Of a stretch of 64,000 nt of DNA, positions 36,811-47,245 are shown piece by piece; the stretch's first letter is position 1, and each line of letters starts with the position of its first letter. The notes beneath the pieces are model-generated. The model made no database searches. It saw nothing but the letters and a program-made list of their open reading frames with translations, and was not told where the DNA came from. The translations under genes were made by a program, and so were the position numbers. Location of the stretch: positions 32,001 to 96,000 of IMG/VR virus record IMGVR_UViG_3300021960_000027; one strand, 5' to 3'. This DNA comes from a virus.

Positions 36811-37812
36811 GTGTTTTTAAGAAGTGCCCCAACCGAAACGATTGCAACGCTTATTGAAAAGGTTGATGATCCTACGGAATCTTTGTCCATGACAGGTTCT
36901 TCAATTCGACTGGATCATGTCAGCGGTTCTATTGACTTGAATGGTCGTGAAGTTCCGCTGACCGAAGAGAGCATGATTGCGATTGGCAACTGGCTCAATA
37001 TTCCCACTCCATTTTTGAAGCGTCTTGACGACGATCTTCGCTCAAATCTTCTTAACGAAATGCTGTGGCGTTCACCGTCTCAAACAATCGCAAAGGTTAA
37101 CGAAGAGGGCTTGAAGATTTTGAAGGCTCCAAACTCAAAAGAGATTGAACCCCCTCGTCTTGTCGAAACCGCGGCAAGGGTAATGGGCGAAGATGCCATT
37201 GTTGTTGATTTTGAACACACGATTGAGCAATTCCGTTTTGACGTTGTTGTCGGTGACGATGATGGCTACGGAGTTGGTGGAGATAGTCGCTTAGGTGATT
37301 TAACAAAAGGTGGATTGAGGTTTGCACAGAATCTTAAGCAAAATCTTGCTCCGTGGGTTCAGCCGTATTTTTATCGTTTAATTTGCACGAACGGAATGGA
37401 AATTCGTGATGACGGATTGAAGGTTGAAGGTCGTGGAAACTCGGTAGAGAGCGTTCTGGAAGAATTGGAACTCGCGGCACAGCGTGCATTCTCCCGTGTC
37501 GAATCTCAGATTGCACACTTTTATGATCTTCGTAACGACAGGGTGGGTAATCCAGAGCGTGTTCTTGCACGAATGGCGCGTGAGCGCGGTTTGGCAGAGC
37601 GTGCAACGGTAACAATTATTGATCGTTTGCCTTCGGTTATTCAAGAAGATGGGTCTGCAACAATGTTTGACCTTATTAACTTGATTACCAACGCGGCTAA
37701 CGACCCTACTGTTCGTCGGTGGGGAGCAAGGCGTGAACTTGAGACGTTTGGAGGAATGATGGTTGGAGATCATGTCGACCGTTGTTCAAATTGCGCCAGT
37801 CGTCTTAACTAA
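36811..37812 (+). CDS. DUF932-like protein
   Basis: YRLICTNGM motif and T.FDLIN.IT..A C-terminal motif. Confidence 0.65.
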   Translation: MFLRSAPTETIATLIEKVDDPTESLSMTGSSIRLDHVSGSIDLNGREVPLTEESMIAIGNWLNIPTPFLKRLDDDLRSNLLNEMLWRSPSQTIAKVNEEGLKILKAPNSKEIEPPRLVETAARVMGEDAIVVDFEHTIEQFRFDVVVGDDDGYGVGGDSRLGDLTKGGLRFAQNLKQNLAPWVQPYFYRLICTNGMEIRDDGLKVEGRGNSVESVLEELELAAQRAFSRVESQIAHFYDLRNDRVGNPERVLARMARERGLAERATVTIIDRLPSVIQEDGSATMFDLINLITNAANDPTVRRWGARRELETFGGMMVGDHVDRCSNCASRLN

Positions 37813-37860
37813 AACATAAGCAACTGCCCCAGTGGTGGTGGTAAGCAGTTGCTTTGTCAG

Positions 37861-37901
37861 GGGGGTCTTTTCTTGCATAAGTAAGAAAAGACCCCCTTTT
37901 T
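37861..37901 (+). terminator. Intrinsic terminator, preceded by a second hairpin at 37818-37854
   Basis: gggggtcttttctt/aagaaaagaccccc stem plus ttttt. Confidence 0.8.
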
Positions 37902-37947
37902 GTTTAGTTATGCAGAAACATTCATAAAAATGCGTTAAGGTGGAAAA

Positions 37948-38328
37948 ATGTCAGATATGAACCTAAATTCGTTAATAGACCTCTACGACTCAGACTTCTT
38001 TGTGATAGAGCAAATAGCAAAGAAACTAAACGAGTCGTCGGGTAAATTGCGTCAAGTTGAGGGTTTCCGAAAAGAGGTTATAGAACGCTTTGAAGAGGCC
38101 GGTTTGAAAGTCGACGTTAAGACTTGGTCAACAAACATGGATGGGGCGTATGCCTTTGATATTGAAATTGTTGACCGATGCGAAAGGCTATCTCACGGAT
38201 TTGACCACGACCGTCAGGCTTGGGAGGTTCAAAATGCTATTTTAGGACTAGACGATCCCGGCTCGTTTGATAGAAGTGGTCGACTAATAACCCCTCCAAA
38301 GAATACTTCATTTATAAACAAGCCATAA
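37948..38328 (+). CDS. Hypothetical protein
   Basis: Directly abuts terminase; GFDHDRQAWEV. Confidence 0.65.
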   Translation: MSDMNLNSLIDLYDSDFFVIEQIAKKLNESSGKLRQVEGFRKEVIERFEEAGLKVDVKTWSTNMDGAYAFDIEIVDRCERLSHGFDHDRQAWEVQNAILGLDDPGSFDRSGRLITPPKNTSFINKP

Positions 38329-40329
38329 ATGCCAAAACCAGCCCCGATTAGCACCGAAAAAGCAATTAATGGTTTTCTTGGTGAGTCATTGCCCAATGAC
38401 ATCATTGAGTTTGTCATCAGTGACCGCTGGCTCAACCGGCCAAATTTGTATCCCCGCCAAGCCACTCTTTTAAAATTGATCTTTTTGCAGGAAGAGTTGT
38501 TTACTGAATATGATTTAGATGTTTTAGGTGAGTGGGGAGAGGGCTTTCGTCTCACCGAAATGCCACCAGATGAATCGACTTGGAGGTTTTCTGGCGACTG
38601 GGGTATTCAACCTGATTCGATTGACAGGTTGAGGTATCTCAGAGACGTTGAGGGTAGAAAGTGGTTTAGAACTATCTTGAACGTTTCTGGTCGACGTTCA
38701 GGCAAGGGTCACTTAGGTGCTATTTGTGGTGCTTACGTTTTGTGGAACTACATTGCAAAGGGCGACCCACGATGGGACTTTGGTGTTGACCAAGACAAGC
38801 GTTTGTCGTGTCAAGTTTTTGCTGGCAAGAAAGATCAGGCAAAGGCTAACCAATGGAGAGACTTAGTAAATGTCATCCTTGGTGCGCCATGCTTTGCTCC
38901 GTATGTCAATACTCCACTGACAGAGTCTCTTACTGTCATGGCTCCCGTTGACCACATCCGAATCGACAATCTTCGTCGTCGGGGAATTAAAACAGACATG
39001 GATTTATCTACGTTTGAAATTGTTCCTAAAGAAGCAACCACAATGGCCGCGCGTGGTCCGTCATCTTTCATGCAATTTTACGATGAAATGGCGCACATGG
39101 TTGGAACAACTGGCGGTTCTCGTTCCGCTGGGGAAGTATGGGAATCTGCTACTCCAGCACTTGACCAGTTCAAAAAAGAAGCATTCATTTATTGTGGCTC
39201 TTCACCTTGGGAGATGACGGGAAAGTTTTACGAGTTGTGTCAGCAAGCGTTGACGATTGAAGCAGATACGCAAAAGGCGGTTTATCCAGAAAGCCTGATT
39301 ATCCAGTTGGCTTCTTGGGACATTTACGAAGATTGGGAAAGGACTCTCCATCGCTTCCCTCTTTCTCCTGCGTACATGAAAAACAGGAGCGAAAGACAAG
39401 ACGTTGAAATTCAGGAAAGGTTTTTTCTTCCTCTAAAGGGTTCTATTCAGGAATACGACTCAGCCATGCAACGTCTTGAGCGTGCAAATCCAGACACTTT
39501 CCGAGTTGAGCGTCGTGCAAAATGGGCTACTGCCCTAGATGCGTATCTGCCGGAGGAACATATTAGAAAGATGTTTGGTCCGTGGAAGGGTCAAACATTA
39601 ACGATGCAGTCTTCAGGATTGCCGACGACTGACTACGCGATGCATGGCGACCCCGGCAAAACTGGGTCAAACTTTGGGTTTGCAGTTGCCCACAAAGAGT
39701 GGGTTGAAGGTTCTGAAATTCCACATGTTGTGTTTGACTTCATCATCGGTTGGTCACCCGGAGATTTTGCAAGTCTTGAAATGGACTACATTGCCATTGA
39801 AGATGAAATCAAAGCGTTAGTGGATGGCTTTCTTCCCACAGACGTTTCTTTTGACCAATGGAACAGCATCGGGCTAATTCAAAGATTACAAAAGCACGCA
39901 AACCGAAACTTCAAGCCATGTACGGTTTACGAAAGAACTGCTACTGCTTCAACTAACTGGCGCACGGCAGAAACCTTCAAAGCGGCACTAAGTCTTGGCC
40001 TGCTCCATGCTCCCTATTATGAGTTGGCAGAATTGGAATGCCTGTTTCTCAGGAAACTTGCAGGTGACAAAGTTGACCACCCTTCAACTGGACCGTGTAC
40101 AACCAAGGACGTTTACGACGCAATGAGTATCGTTGTGTACAAACTGATTGGTGATGAAATTGCATCGTTCCTTGGTCAAGAGTTTTCTGATTTGAAAATT
40201 TCAGGAACAATGCCCGGACCGCAATCTCAAGCGTCTATTGAAAATCAATTTACCGCATTCAGTCAGGGAGTATCTAGGCAGGGTTCTGGTCGGGGTGCAG
40301 TATCTGGCGGTCGCTTCTTACGGCAGTGA
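38329..40329 (+). CDS. terL: Terminase large subunit
   Basis: LYPRQ, GRRSGKG Walker A, FYDEMAH Walker B, SSPW..GKFYE, HGDPG, FDQWNS, KDVYDA nuclease acids. Confidence 0.85.
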   Translation: MPKPAPISTEKAINGFLGESLPNDIIEFVISDRWLNRPNLYPRQATLLKLIFLQEELFTEYDLDVLGEWGEGFRLTEMPPDESTWRFSGDWGIQPDSIDRLRYLRDVEGRKWFRTILNVSGRRSGKGHLGAICGAYVLWNYIAKGDPRWDFGVDQDKRLSCQVFAGKKDQAKANQWRDLVNVILGAPCFAPYVNTPLTESLTVMAPVDHIRIDNLRRRGIKTDMDLSTFEIVPKEATTMAARGPSSFMQFYDEMAHMVGTTGGSRSAGEVWESATPALDQFKKEAFIYCGSSPWEMTGKFYELCQQALTIEADTQKAVYPESLIIQLASWDIYEDWERTLHRFPLSPAYMKNRSERQDVEIQERFFLPLKGSIQEYDSAMQRLERANPDTFRVERRAKWATALDAYLPEEHIRKMFGPWKGQTLTMQSSGLPTTDYAMHGDPGKTGSNFGFAVAHKEWVEGSEIPHVVFDFIIGWSPGDFASLEMDYIAIEDEIKALVDGFLPTDVSFDQWNSIGLIQRLQKHANRNFKPCTVYERTATASTNWRTAETFKAALSLGLLHAPYYELAELECLFLRKLAGDKVDHPSTGPCTTKDVYDAMSIVVYKLIGDEIASFLGQEFSDLKISGTMPGPQSQASIENQFTAFSQGVSRQGSGRGAVSGGRFLRQ

Positions 40330-40374
40330 CCTCCTGTCGTTGCTTTAATTACAGCAACTAAGAAACAGGAAAGG

Positions 40375-42789
40375 GTGACAATGGGCGCAGTTAGAGAAAT
40401 GGGCGAGTCGCCCCTAAAGTACCAATATGGTGGTCGTGTCCAACGTATTGGTATTTTTGATTCTTCTGCACCTCCCACGCGCAGTACATATTTCACAACA
40501 GAGCCTTTTGAAACGGCAAAGAGCCGATATCGACAGCAGTCATGGGAGAATGAAAATTCTACCCTAAAGCGTCGTCCCAAAAAGGAATATCAAGAGGGCA
40601 GTGGTACAGCAGAGCAGGGTCTAGTTGCCTTCTTGGATTACATAGAATATTCTGACCGCATTTTTATCGCCTTTGTCAGTGTCAGACAGGATTACCAAGG
40701 GCGTGGGTTTGCTACCGAATTGGTCGATTGGGTGTACCGGCGAGCAAGGTCGACTGGCAGAAAAACTGTCGATTGGGGGAAGGTCTTAATCGATGCATTC
40801 CCTCTTTTTAAAAACTACAGTGAGCGTGTTGTCGATGTTGAAACGGTCGGCAAACCTGAGCGCGGTTATTATTCGTCAATAAACACTGAAAGCCCGCTAG
40901 ACCGTAGAACTGCCTCTGTGCCTCGCTACATGCGCGCTTTTGACATGGACAGGAAACAGACATACCGCGCTTACGAACCCATTGTTGCGGTGAAAGTCAG
41001 TCAAAGTAATGGTTCATTTCCTCAAAGTGAGGTTTTAGCAACAAAAGATGTTCCGTGGGAATCCGATCTTCAATCAATTATTCAGCAAGTTACTCGCGAC
41101 GCACAACGTGCGTGGGAAAAACGCCCATCTAATCTGCCAAGGTTTAGCGACCCAGTCTTTCAGTTGGTGTCTGGGGGGACAGGCGACCTTCAGCATGGAG
41201 TAATTGCTACAACTAAAAATCTTCCAAACTGGGGACAGCCAGTTGCTGTTGGGCGTTACAGTGAAACGCTTTTTCACAAGTTGTACTCAATACTTTTTGG
41301 TTATTCAGACAGAAAATTGATTTGGTCAACGTGGATGTCTGACGTAGTCAACATTTCTCCAGAGGGAGAAAGAACGCACTGGAGCGTGTCAGATAAAGAC
41401 ACTAAGATTACGGTTTACCGTGGTGTTAGCCTTCCCCCAAACGCTGACCCAACGTTGTCAGAAAAATATGGTGGAGGGGCTGGGAACGCATGGACTACTG
41501 AGTTAAGCATTGCTAAGGCTATTGCAGAGAGGGGAATGGCTGGGTTTAACTTAAGCAACTCGCCCAATCAGGTTTATAAAGTTAAACCCGGCGTATGGCT
41601 AGATGGCATCTCTAAGAAAGTCGATTACGTTATCCCCACCGTTCTTCGTGCTGAAGTTAACCTTGGAGACAATGCATCGTTGTACGAAGGTATGGGTGGA
41701 TACCGCTATCTCAGCGCGGAACAGGAAGTAAATATCAATCCGGGAACAGAGTTTACTTTGACTGGATGGATGCAGGCAGATGAAGTTCCATCTAATCCTT
41801 CAGAGCGTAAGAGAATTTGGGATGAGTACAAAACAAATGGAAATACCTATGACAATTACGATGTGACCTATCGATGGAACAGTCGATGGAATGAAGTTCG
41901 TCTTCGTCGCCGTGCTTCTTCCCCAAAAATTTATCGTGGGGTTCAGGTCAACATTGGTTTGGTTGAGTTGATTGATGCCTACGATTCTGCAAGCAGTCTT
42001 TCCTCTTTAGTTTCTGACCGTCTCATGTTGGGCTACAGAGACACTAAAAAATCTGGTGTTTCATGGACGACATCTTTAGATACAGCCAAAAGATTTGCTT
42101 GGGATTCTCATTCATCGGGTGATTCTCCAACACAGGTGTGGACGTACTCTGGGCAAAGTTATGTCGGAATGGGAGACGGGACAAAAAGACCTCCGTACTT
42201 TGCCCTTCCAGTTGTTATGGTTGCGTCTGCTCCGGTTGGGAAATCAAATACAGAGTTAGCGTGGGGCGACGCTACTTCAAGGGACAAAAATTGGTTTTCT
42301 TCTACTGAATCAGAAATTCGACTTGAGCAGGGAACCCCTATCTCCTTGGATCACTCTTTGCTGTATCTTCCAAGCAAGGATCGACTTGTTAAATATTTAA
42401 ATGAATATTTGAAAAATAAAGGTTTTTATCCAATCGAATCGTACCCCGGTTCATCTCCCGTCAAGATAAACACCCCGTTAAGACTGAGTGCTTCTCGCTC
42501 CGAAGCATCATCGTGGCGCGGTTTAGTCGCCCGCGACTACTGGAACGAGGCTCCTGCGGTACTTCTTGTGGATAAGTCTGCAAGAAAAAACACTTACGAA
42601 GTTTATGTTAATGGGAAACAGGTTTCCAGAGAGTGGAAACTGGATGACGCAAAGTCCCGTGCCGAGAAAGAAATCGGACGTAATTTGTCGTGGTCACGCG
42701 CTCGTACAGAAGATGTCAAGGCTTTCCATTATTATTTTGGATGGACATCTGAGTTCACCGACCCACAGATCGTTTATTTCGGCGTTTAG
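40375..42789 (+). CDS. Polyvalent protein: GNAT acetyltransferase + two ADP-ribosyltransferase-like domains + unknown C-terminal module
   Basis: VSVRQDYQGRGFATEL (GNAT motif A); VYRG..AWTT..EQEV and IYRG..SWTT..ESEI (R-S-E ART triads). Confidence 0.6.
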   Translation: MTMGAVREMGESPLKYQYGGRVQRIGIFDSSAPPTRSTYFTTEPFETAKSRYRQQSWENENSTLKRRPKKEYQEGSGTAEQGLVAFLDYIEYSDRIFIAFVSVRQDYQGRGFATELVDWVYRRARSTGRKTVDWGKVLIDAFPLFKNYSERVVDVETVGKPERGYYSSINTESPLDRRTASVPRYMRAFDMDRKQTYRAYEPIVAVKVSQSNGSFPQSEVLATKDVPWESDLQSIIQQVTRDAQRAWEKRPSNLPRFSDPVFQLVSGGTGDLQHGVIATTKNLPNWGQPVAVGRYSETLFHKLYSILFGYSDRKLIWSTWMSDVVNISPEGERTHWSVSDKDTKITVYRGVSLPPNADPTLSEKYGGGAGNAWTTELSIAKAIAERGMAGFNLSNSPNQVYKVKPGVWLDGISKKVDYVIPTVLRAEVNLGDNASLYEGMGGYRYLSAEQEVNINPGTEFTLTGWMQADEVPSNPSERKRIWDEYKTNGNTYDNYDVTYRWNSRWNEVRLRRRASSPKIYRGVQVNIGLVELIDAYDSASSLSSLVSDRLMLGYRDTKKSGVSWTTSLDTAKRFAWDSHSSGDSPTQVWTYSGQSYVGMGDGTKRPPYFALPVVMVASAPVGKSNTELAWGDATSRDKNWFSSTESEIRLEQGTPISLDHSLLYLPSKDRLVKYLNEYLKNKGFYPIESYPGSSPVKINTPLRLSASRSEASSWRGLVARDYWNEAPAVLLVDKSARKNTYEVYVNGKQVSREWKLDDAKSRAEKEIGRNLSWSRARTEDVKAFHYYFGWTSEFTDPQIVYFGV

Positions 42790-42860
42790 TCCGACACTGT
42801 CAATTAGCCATCCTTTCCCACGAAAGAGATGGACGCATCGCAACAAAGATGGAGTAAGAA

Positions 42861-43478
42861 ATGCCTCTAGTCAATGATGGAAAGAACTCGGCGTGCGACG
42901 GCATTGCCGCGGTCACCGCTTACATTGGTTTGCACTCGTCGCTGAGTGATACTGGAGCCAGCGAGGTTTCAGGCGGTTCACCGGCCTACGCTCGCCAAGC
43001 GGTCACTTGGGCAACCTCTTCCGGTGGTCAAAAGGCTAACTCATCTAGCCTTACCTTTAATGTTCCCGGCTCAACTACTGTTGTTGCATTCGGAATGTGG
43101 TCTGCTTCAACGGCAGGAACCTTCTACGGATGGATGCCGTTGAACCCCGGCGCACGGGGATTTGGTACGGCAGACTCTTCAACAGATACAATTACCTCGT
43201 TCGGTCATGGTCTGACAGCAGGAACCGCACTGTACGTTGATGACGTTTTTGCAGAGTCGCTTCCTACTGGCTTGAGTCGCAACACCACCTACTATGTCAT
43301 TTCGTCCGGTTTGACATCCGATGCATTCAAAATCAGTACGTCTTCAGGCGGTAGCGCAGTAACGATTACTGCTTCTGGAGAGGTTTTCTTCCAGACGCTC
43401 ACTCCTGAGACGTTTGGCGCACAGGGTACTTTGACTGTTAATGCTTCGGGGCTTGTTATCGACGCAACCGGCATCTGA
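42861..43478 (+). CDS. Virion structural protein
   Basis: YIGLH..EVSGGS.AYARQAVTW..F.VP motif typical of phage structural proteins, with HGL..G beta insert. Confidence 0.65.
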   Translation: MPLVNDGKNSACDGIAAVTAYIGLHSSLSDTGASEVSGGSPAYARQAVTWATSSGGQKANSSSLTFNVPGSTTVVAFGMWSASTAGTFYGWMPLNPGARGFGTADSSTDTITSFGHGLTAGTALYVDDVFAESLPTGLSRNTTYYVISSGLTSDAFKISTSSGGSAVTITASGEVFFQTLTPETFGAQGTLTVNASGLVIDATGI

Positions 43479-43490
43479 TCGGAGTGCCGG

Positions 43491-46400
43491 ATGACGGCTA
43501 TTTACTCAAATCTCCGTGCAGGCACGATCACCGATAACCCACTCGGTTCAACTGATACAACAATTAACTCTGCTGAATTTGCAGACCTTCCAGTTGTTGC
43601 TTCCCCCGATTATCTATGGCTAACCCTTGATCCTGAGTCGGCAGTTTCTACTCCAGAAATTGTTAAGGTCACAGCCCACTCTTCTGGGGCAACCTCTGTA
43701 ACAGTTGTTCGTGGCGAGCAAACATCTCTGGGTGGTAACGCATCTCGCTCGCATAGTCAAGATACTCGCTGGGTAGCATCGTGGACTGCCGAAGACGGCG
43801 AGTTGATGCCACACCGTGTTCTTACAGCCAAGGGCGACATTCTCGCGGCAACGGGGGCGAACACGATTGATCGCTTGGGAGTTGGAACCGATGGCTATTT
43901 TCTAAAAGCCGATTCAGGAGAATCGACTGGACTCGTCTGGGGTCAGGTCGATTTCTCTACTGCCAACCTTGATGACCTCGGTGATGTCACGATCACCAGC
44001 GCACAGGCAGGTCAGTTTGTTCAGTGGAATGGCACTGCATGGGTTAATGCGGTCATGCCGTCTGGGGAACCGATTGGTCACCAAGACAAAACTGAAAGCA
44101 CTATTTCTTTCTCAAATTCCACGCGTGTCTTTACGATTGCGCCAGTTTCTTCATCCCATGTTGTTTGGTGCAAGGGCGTTAAGCACACCAAAACCTCTTC
44201 TGAAACTGTAACCATTCCCGATACAACGGGTTTGTACTACGTCTACTACAACGAGTCCGGCACGCTGGGCTACAAAACAACCTATTTTGTCTGGGACACT
44301 GACACCCCAACTGCCTACATTTACTGGAACGCAACAACTGGTGAGGCAGAGTTTTTTGCAGACGAACGTCATGGGATAACTCTTGATTGGCAGACTCACG
44401 AATATCTTCACCGCACACGGGGTGCAGTTATTGCGAGTGGGTTTGGGGCATCAAATTATGTGACAGATGGCAACGGCGGTTCTGACGGACACGCTCAGTT
44501 AGATATTGCCAACGGTACGTTTTTTGATGAAGACCTTCAGGTAGACATCACCCATTCCGCAACTCCCACAGCAAACACTTGGGAGCAGGTTCTTCAGGGC
44601 GCGGCAGAAATTCCCGTCATGTATCAGGTGGGAACAGAATGGCAACTTGATACTGCTACTGAATTCCCAATTAAGGCTGGCACTGCGCTCCCTCGCTACA
44701 ACTCTGTTTCAGGCTCAACGTGGTCGCTCACTGATTTAGGTAATTCTAAGTTTGGTGTTTCGTGGATTGTTGCAACCAACAATCTTAATGAACCTGTTAT
44801 CGCCATCATGGGGCAGGGCGAATACAACAACATTGGTGAGGCAGAAGCAACGACTTGGGAAGAGTTAGACCTAACTGGTTTTCCTGTCTTTGAATTTCGT
44901 GTTTTGTACAAAATCGCTTTTCAGGTTGCATCGGGATACACCAACACAATCAAAGCCGCGATTCGTGGGGTCTACGATTTACGGCGAACAACAGTTGCTG
45001 GAGATTCAATCCCCACTATTCCAGTCGCTGACCACGGTTCCTTAACTGGTCTTGCGGATGACGATCACACTCAGTATCTCAATGAATCTCGCCATGATGC
45101 GTTAGACCACAGCACTGCGCTTGGTTCGGCGGTCGTCAGTGACCTAAGTGATGTTTCATCTACCTCACCCACATCCGGTCAGATTCTTAAGTGGAGTGGC
45201 TCGGACTGGAGTCCGTCTGACATAACACTTGGCACGGAAACAAGTGGTGATTACGTCGAATCTTTGACGGCAGGAACGGGCGTTTCAGTCGGCACCGCAA
45301 CTGGAGAAGGTTCTACCCCAACCATTGCGATTGGTCAGTCGGTAGGTACTACTGACGATGTCACATTTAACACCGTCACTGGAACAAACGGGATCATTAC
45401 GCTTACCACTTCAGGTGCGCCAACATCTTCGCTTTCTGATGGTGCCATCGCCATTGATACATCAAACAACATTTTGTACATCAGGTCTGGTGGAGCATGG
45501 ATTGAGTCATCTGGCGGTGGAGCAAGTGTTTCTGTTTCAGATACCGCTCCATCTTCTCCAGATGTAGGTGACCTGTGGTTTGAGTCGGATACTGGAGACG
45601 TATTCGTTTACTACGACTCAGCGTGGATTGACATTGGCGGTACGTCTGTTGCGAACATTGCCACCTCCGATACCGCCCCCTCTTCTCCAGCCAATGGAGA
45701 CATCTGGTTTGAGACTGATACCGCTAAGACATTCGTATGGTATGACGATGGTTCTAGTCAGCAATGGGTAGAGATTGGCGCGGCAAGTTCGTCTGCTACT
45801 GGTTCTTCTGGTGCGATTCAGTTTGCTAACGGTAACAGTGCGTTCTCCAGCGACGGTGCGAACCTGTTCTGGGACGACACGAACAACCGACTCGGTGTAG
45901 GCACTAACAGCCCTGCTGTTGCGTTGGATGTTGTAGGTACTACTGATACTGATTATTTGACTGTTGGGGGCGAGAACGTCACCCCGTATACGGGTAAGCG
46001 CAACCTTCTTATCAATGGTGCGATGCAGGTTTACCAGCGCGCATCTTCTGGTGATGTCCTTGCCTCTGAGGGTTACAGGTGTGCTGACCGTTGGAAGTCT
46101 TACCGAACTGTAAATGCGGCTGGCACCCTTTCTGTAAACACCACTGATGCCCCCGAAGGGTTCAACAACTCTTTGAACTACGCTTGCACCTCAGCAGAAG
46201 CAACCCCCACTAACGAAACTTTTGTGTCACAAGTTCTTGAGGGTCAAGATGTTCAGCATGTTGGCTACGGGAAATCATGGTGCAAGCAGGTAACCGTTTC
46301 GTTCTGGGTCAAATCAAATGTGACAGGGACATTCAATGTCTGGTTCTTCCGCTGGGACGGAACTCGCCACATTGGTCGTTCCTACACGATCAACTCTGCT

Positions 46401-47009
46401 GACACTTGGGAATACAAGACCGTGCTTGTTCCAGCAGACACATCGAACGCTGTAGCCAACGATAATACTCAGGGCTGGGAGGTACGCTTCTATCTCGCGG
46501 CACAATCAACTTGGACGGGTGGCACCGAGGCTTCAGCGTGGTCTGCTGTTTCCGACAATAACCGCGCCCCCGGTAACGCCAACATTAACTCCAGCACATC
46601 TAACTATTGGCGTGTCACAGGCGTACAGGTTGAGGTTGGTGATAAGGCGACACCGTTTGAACACCGTTCCTTTGGCGAAGAACTTGCCTTGTGTCAAAGG
46701 TACTACTTCAAACCACCACAGCATTATTACAGCACGCTGGCTTACGGAACATGGATTGATTTCAGCGCGTTCCTCCGAGCATCAATGCCGATACCTGTCA
46801 CAATGCGTGCCAACCCCAGCGTCACCTACTCGTCATACTTTGTCTACGGTGCTGGTGGATCACGGACAGGTAGTGGAACAATCTATGTTTATGGACAAGA
46901 TGCAGGGATGCTAGTCCTCGGATTTGGTCATTCTGGTTCAAGTCCGGGTGGCGGGTATGTCGGCACAATCACAGCACCTAGCGGATTTGAGGTGAACGCA
47001 GAATTATGA
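43491..47009 (+). CDS. Long tail fibre protein
   Basis: EIVKVT..VVRG, TAKGDIL, LDDLGDV, DHGSLTGLADDDHTQY, DTAPSSP..GDLWF repeats, NRLGVGT, RNLLING..ELALCQRYY. Confidence 0.85.
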   Translation: MTAIYSNLRAGTITDNPLGSTDTTINSAEFADLPVVASPDYLWLTLDPESAVSTPEIVKVTAHSSGATSVTVVRGEQTSLGGNASRSHSQDTRWVASWTAEDGELMPHRVLTAKGDILAATGANTIDRLGVGTDGYFLKADSGESTGLVWGQVDFSTANLDDLGDVTITSAQAGQFVQWNGTAWVNAVMPSGEPIGHQDKTESTISFSNSTRVFTIAPVSSSHVVWCKGVKHTKTSSETVTIPDTTGLYYVYYNESGTLGYKTTYFVWDTDTPTAYIYWNATTGEAEFFADERHGITLDWQTHEYLHRTRGAVIASGFGASNYVTDGNGGSDGHAQLDIANGTFFDEDLQVDITHSATPTANTWEQVLQGAAEIPVMYQVGTEWQLDTATEFPIKAGTALPRYNSVSGSTWSLTDLGNSKFGVSWIVATNNLNEPVIAIMGQGEYNNIGEAEATTWEELDLTGFPVFEFRVLYKIAFQVASGYTNTIKAAIRGVYDLRRTTVAGDSIPTIPVADHGSLTGLADDDHTQYLNESRHDALDHSTALGSAVVSDLSDVSSTSPTSGQILKWSGSDWSPSDITLGTETSGDYVESLTAGTGVSVGTATGEGSTPTIAIGQSVGTTDDVTFNTVTGTNGIITLTTSGAPTSSLSDGAIAIDTSNNILYIRSGGAWIESSGGGASVSVSDTAPSSPDVGDLWFESDTGDVFVYYDSAWIDIGGTSVANIATSDTAPSSPANGDIWFETDTAKTFVWYDDGSSQQWVEIGAASSSATGSSGAIQFANGNSAFSSDGANLFWDDTNNRLGVGTNSPAVALDVVGTTDTDYLTVGGENVTPYTGKRNLLINGAMQVYQRASSGDVLASEGYRCADRWKSYRTVNAAGTLSVNTTDAPEGFNNSLNYACTSAEATPTNETFVSQVLEGQDVQHVGYGKSWCKQVTVSFWVKSNVTGTFNVWFFRWDGTRHIGRSYTINSADTWEYKTVLVPADTSNAVANDNTQGWEVRFYLAAQSTWTGGTEASAWSAVSDNNRAPGNANINSSTSNYWRVTGVQVEVGDKATPFEHRSFGEELALCQRYYFKPPQHYYSTLAYGTWIDFSAFLRASMPIPVTMRANPSVTYSSYFVYGAGGSRTGSGTIYVYGQDAGMLVLGFGHSGSSPGGGYVGTITAPSGFEVNAEL

Positions 47010-47245
47010 CGACTTATTACACTCAGACAATCACTCAAACAACTGGAGATATCACTGTTGTCTTTGCTGAACTAGATAACGGCGACACTCTTTGCTTTCC
47101 AAACGAATCAGGTAACCCTGATTACGAGGAATACCTTGAGTGGGTCGCTTTAGGTAACACAGCAACGGCGTACACAGTTCCTTCCGTTGACGAGTATTTC
47201 CCCCCATCAGATTCTGAAATCATGTTCACAATGGAGGTCATCTAA
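47006..47245 (+). CDS. Small fibre-associated protein
   Basis: P...NPDYEEYLEWVALGNT motif typical of genes following CQRYY-type fibres. Confidence 0.65.
   Translation: MTTYYTQTITQTTGDITVVFAELDNGDTLCFPNESGNPDYEEYLEWVALGNTATAYTVPSVDEYFPPSDSEIMFTMEVI

Noticed and set aside
23830-40329. Inteins or introns in DnaB, DnaE, RecA or terminase
   Set aside because: Lengths and motif spacing are ordinary; no C/S...HN-C/S/T splice junctions or LAGLIDADG motifs seen
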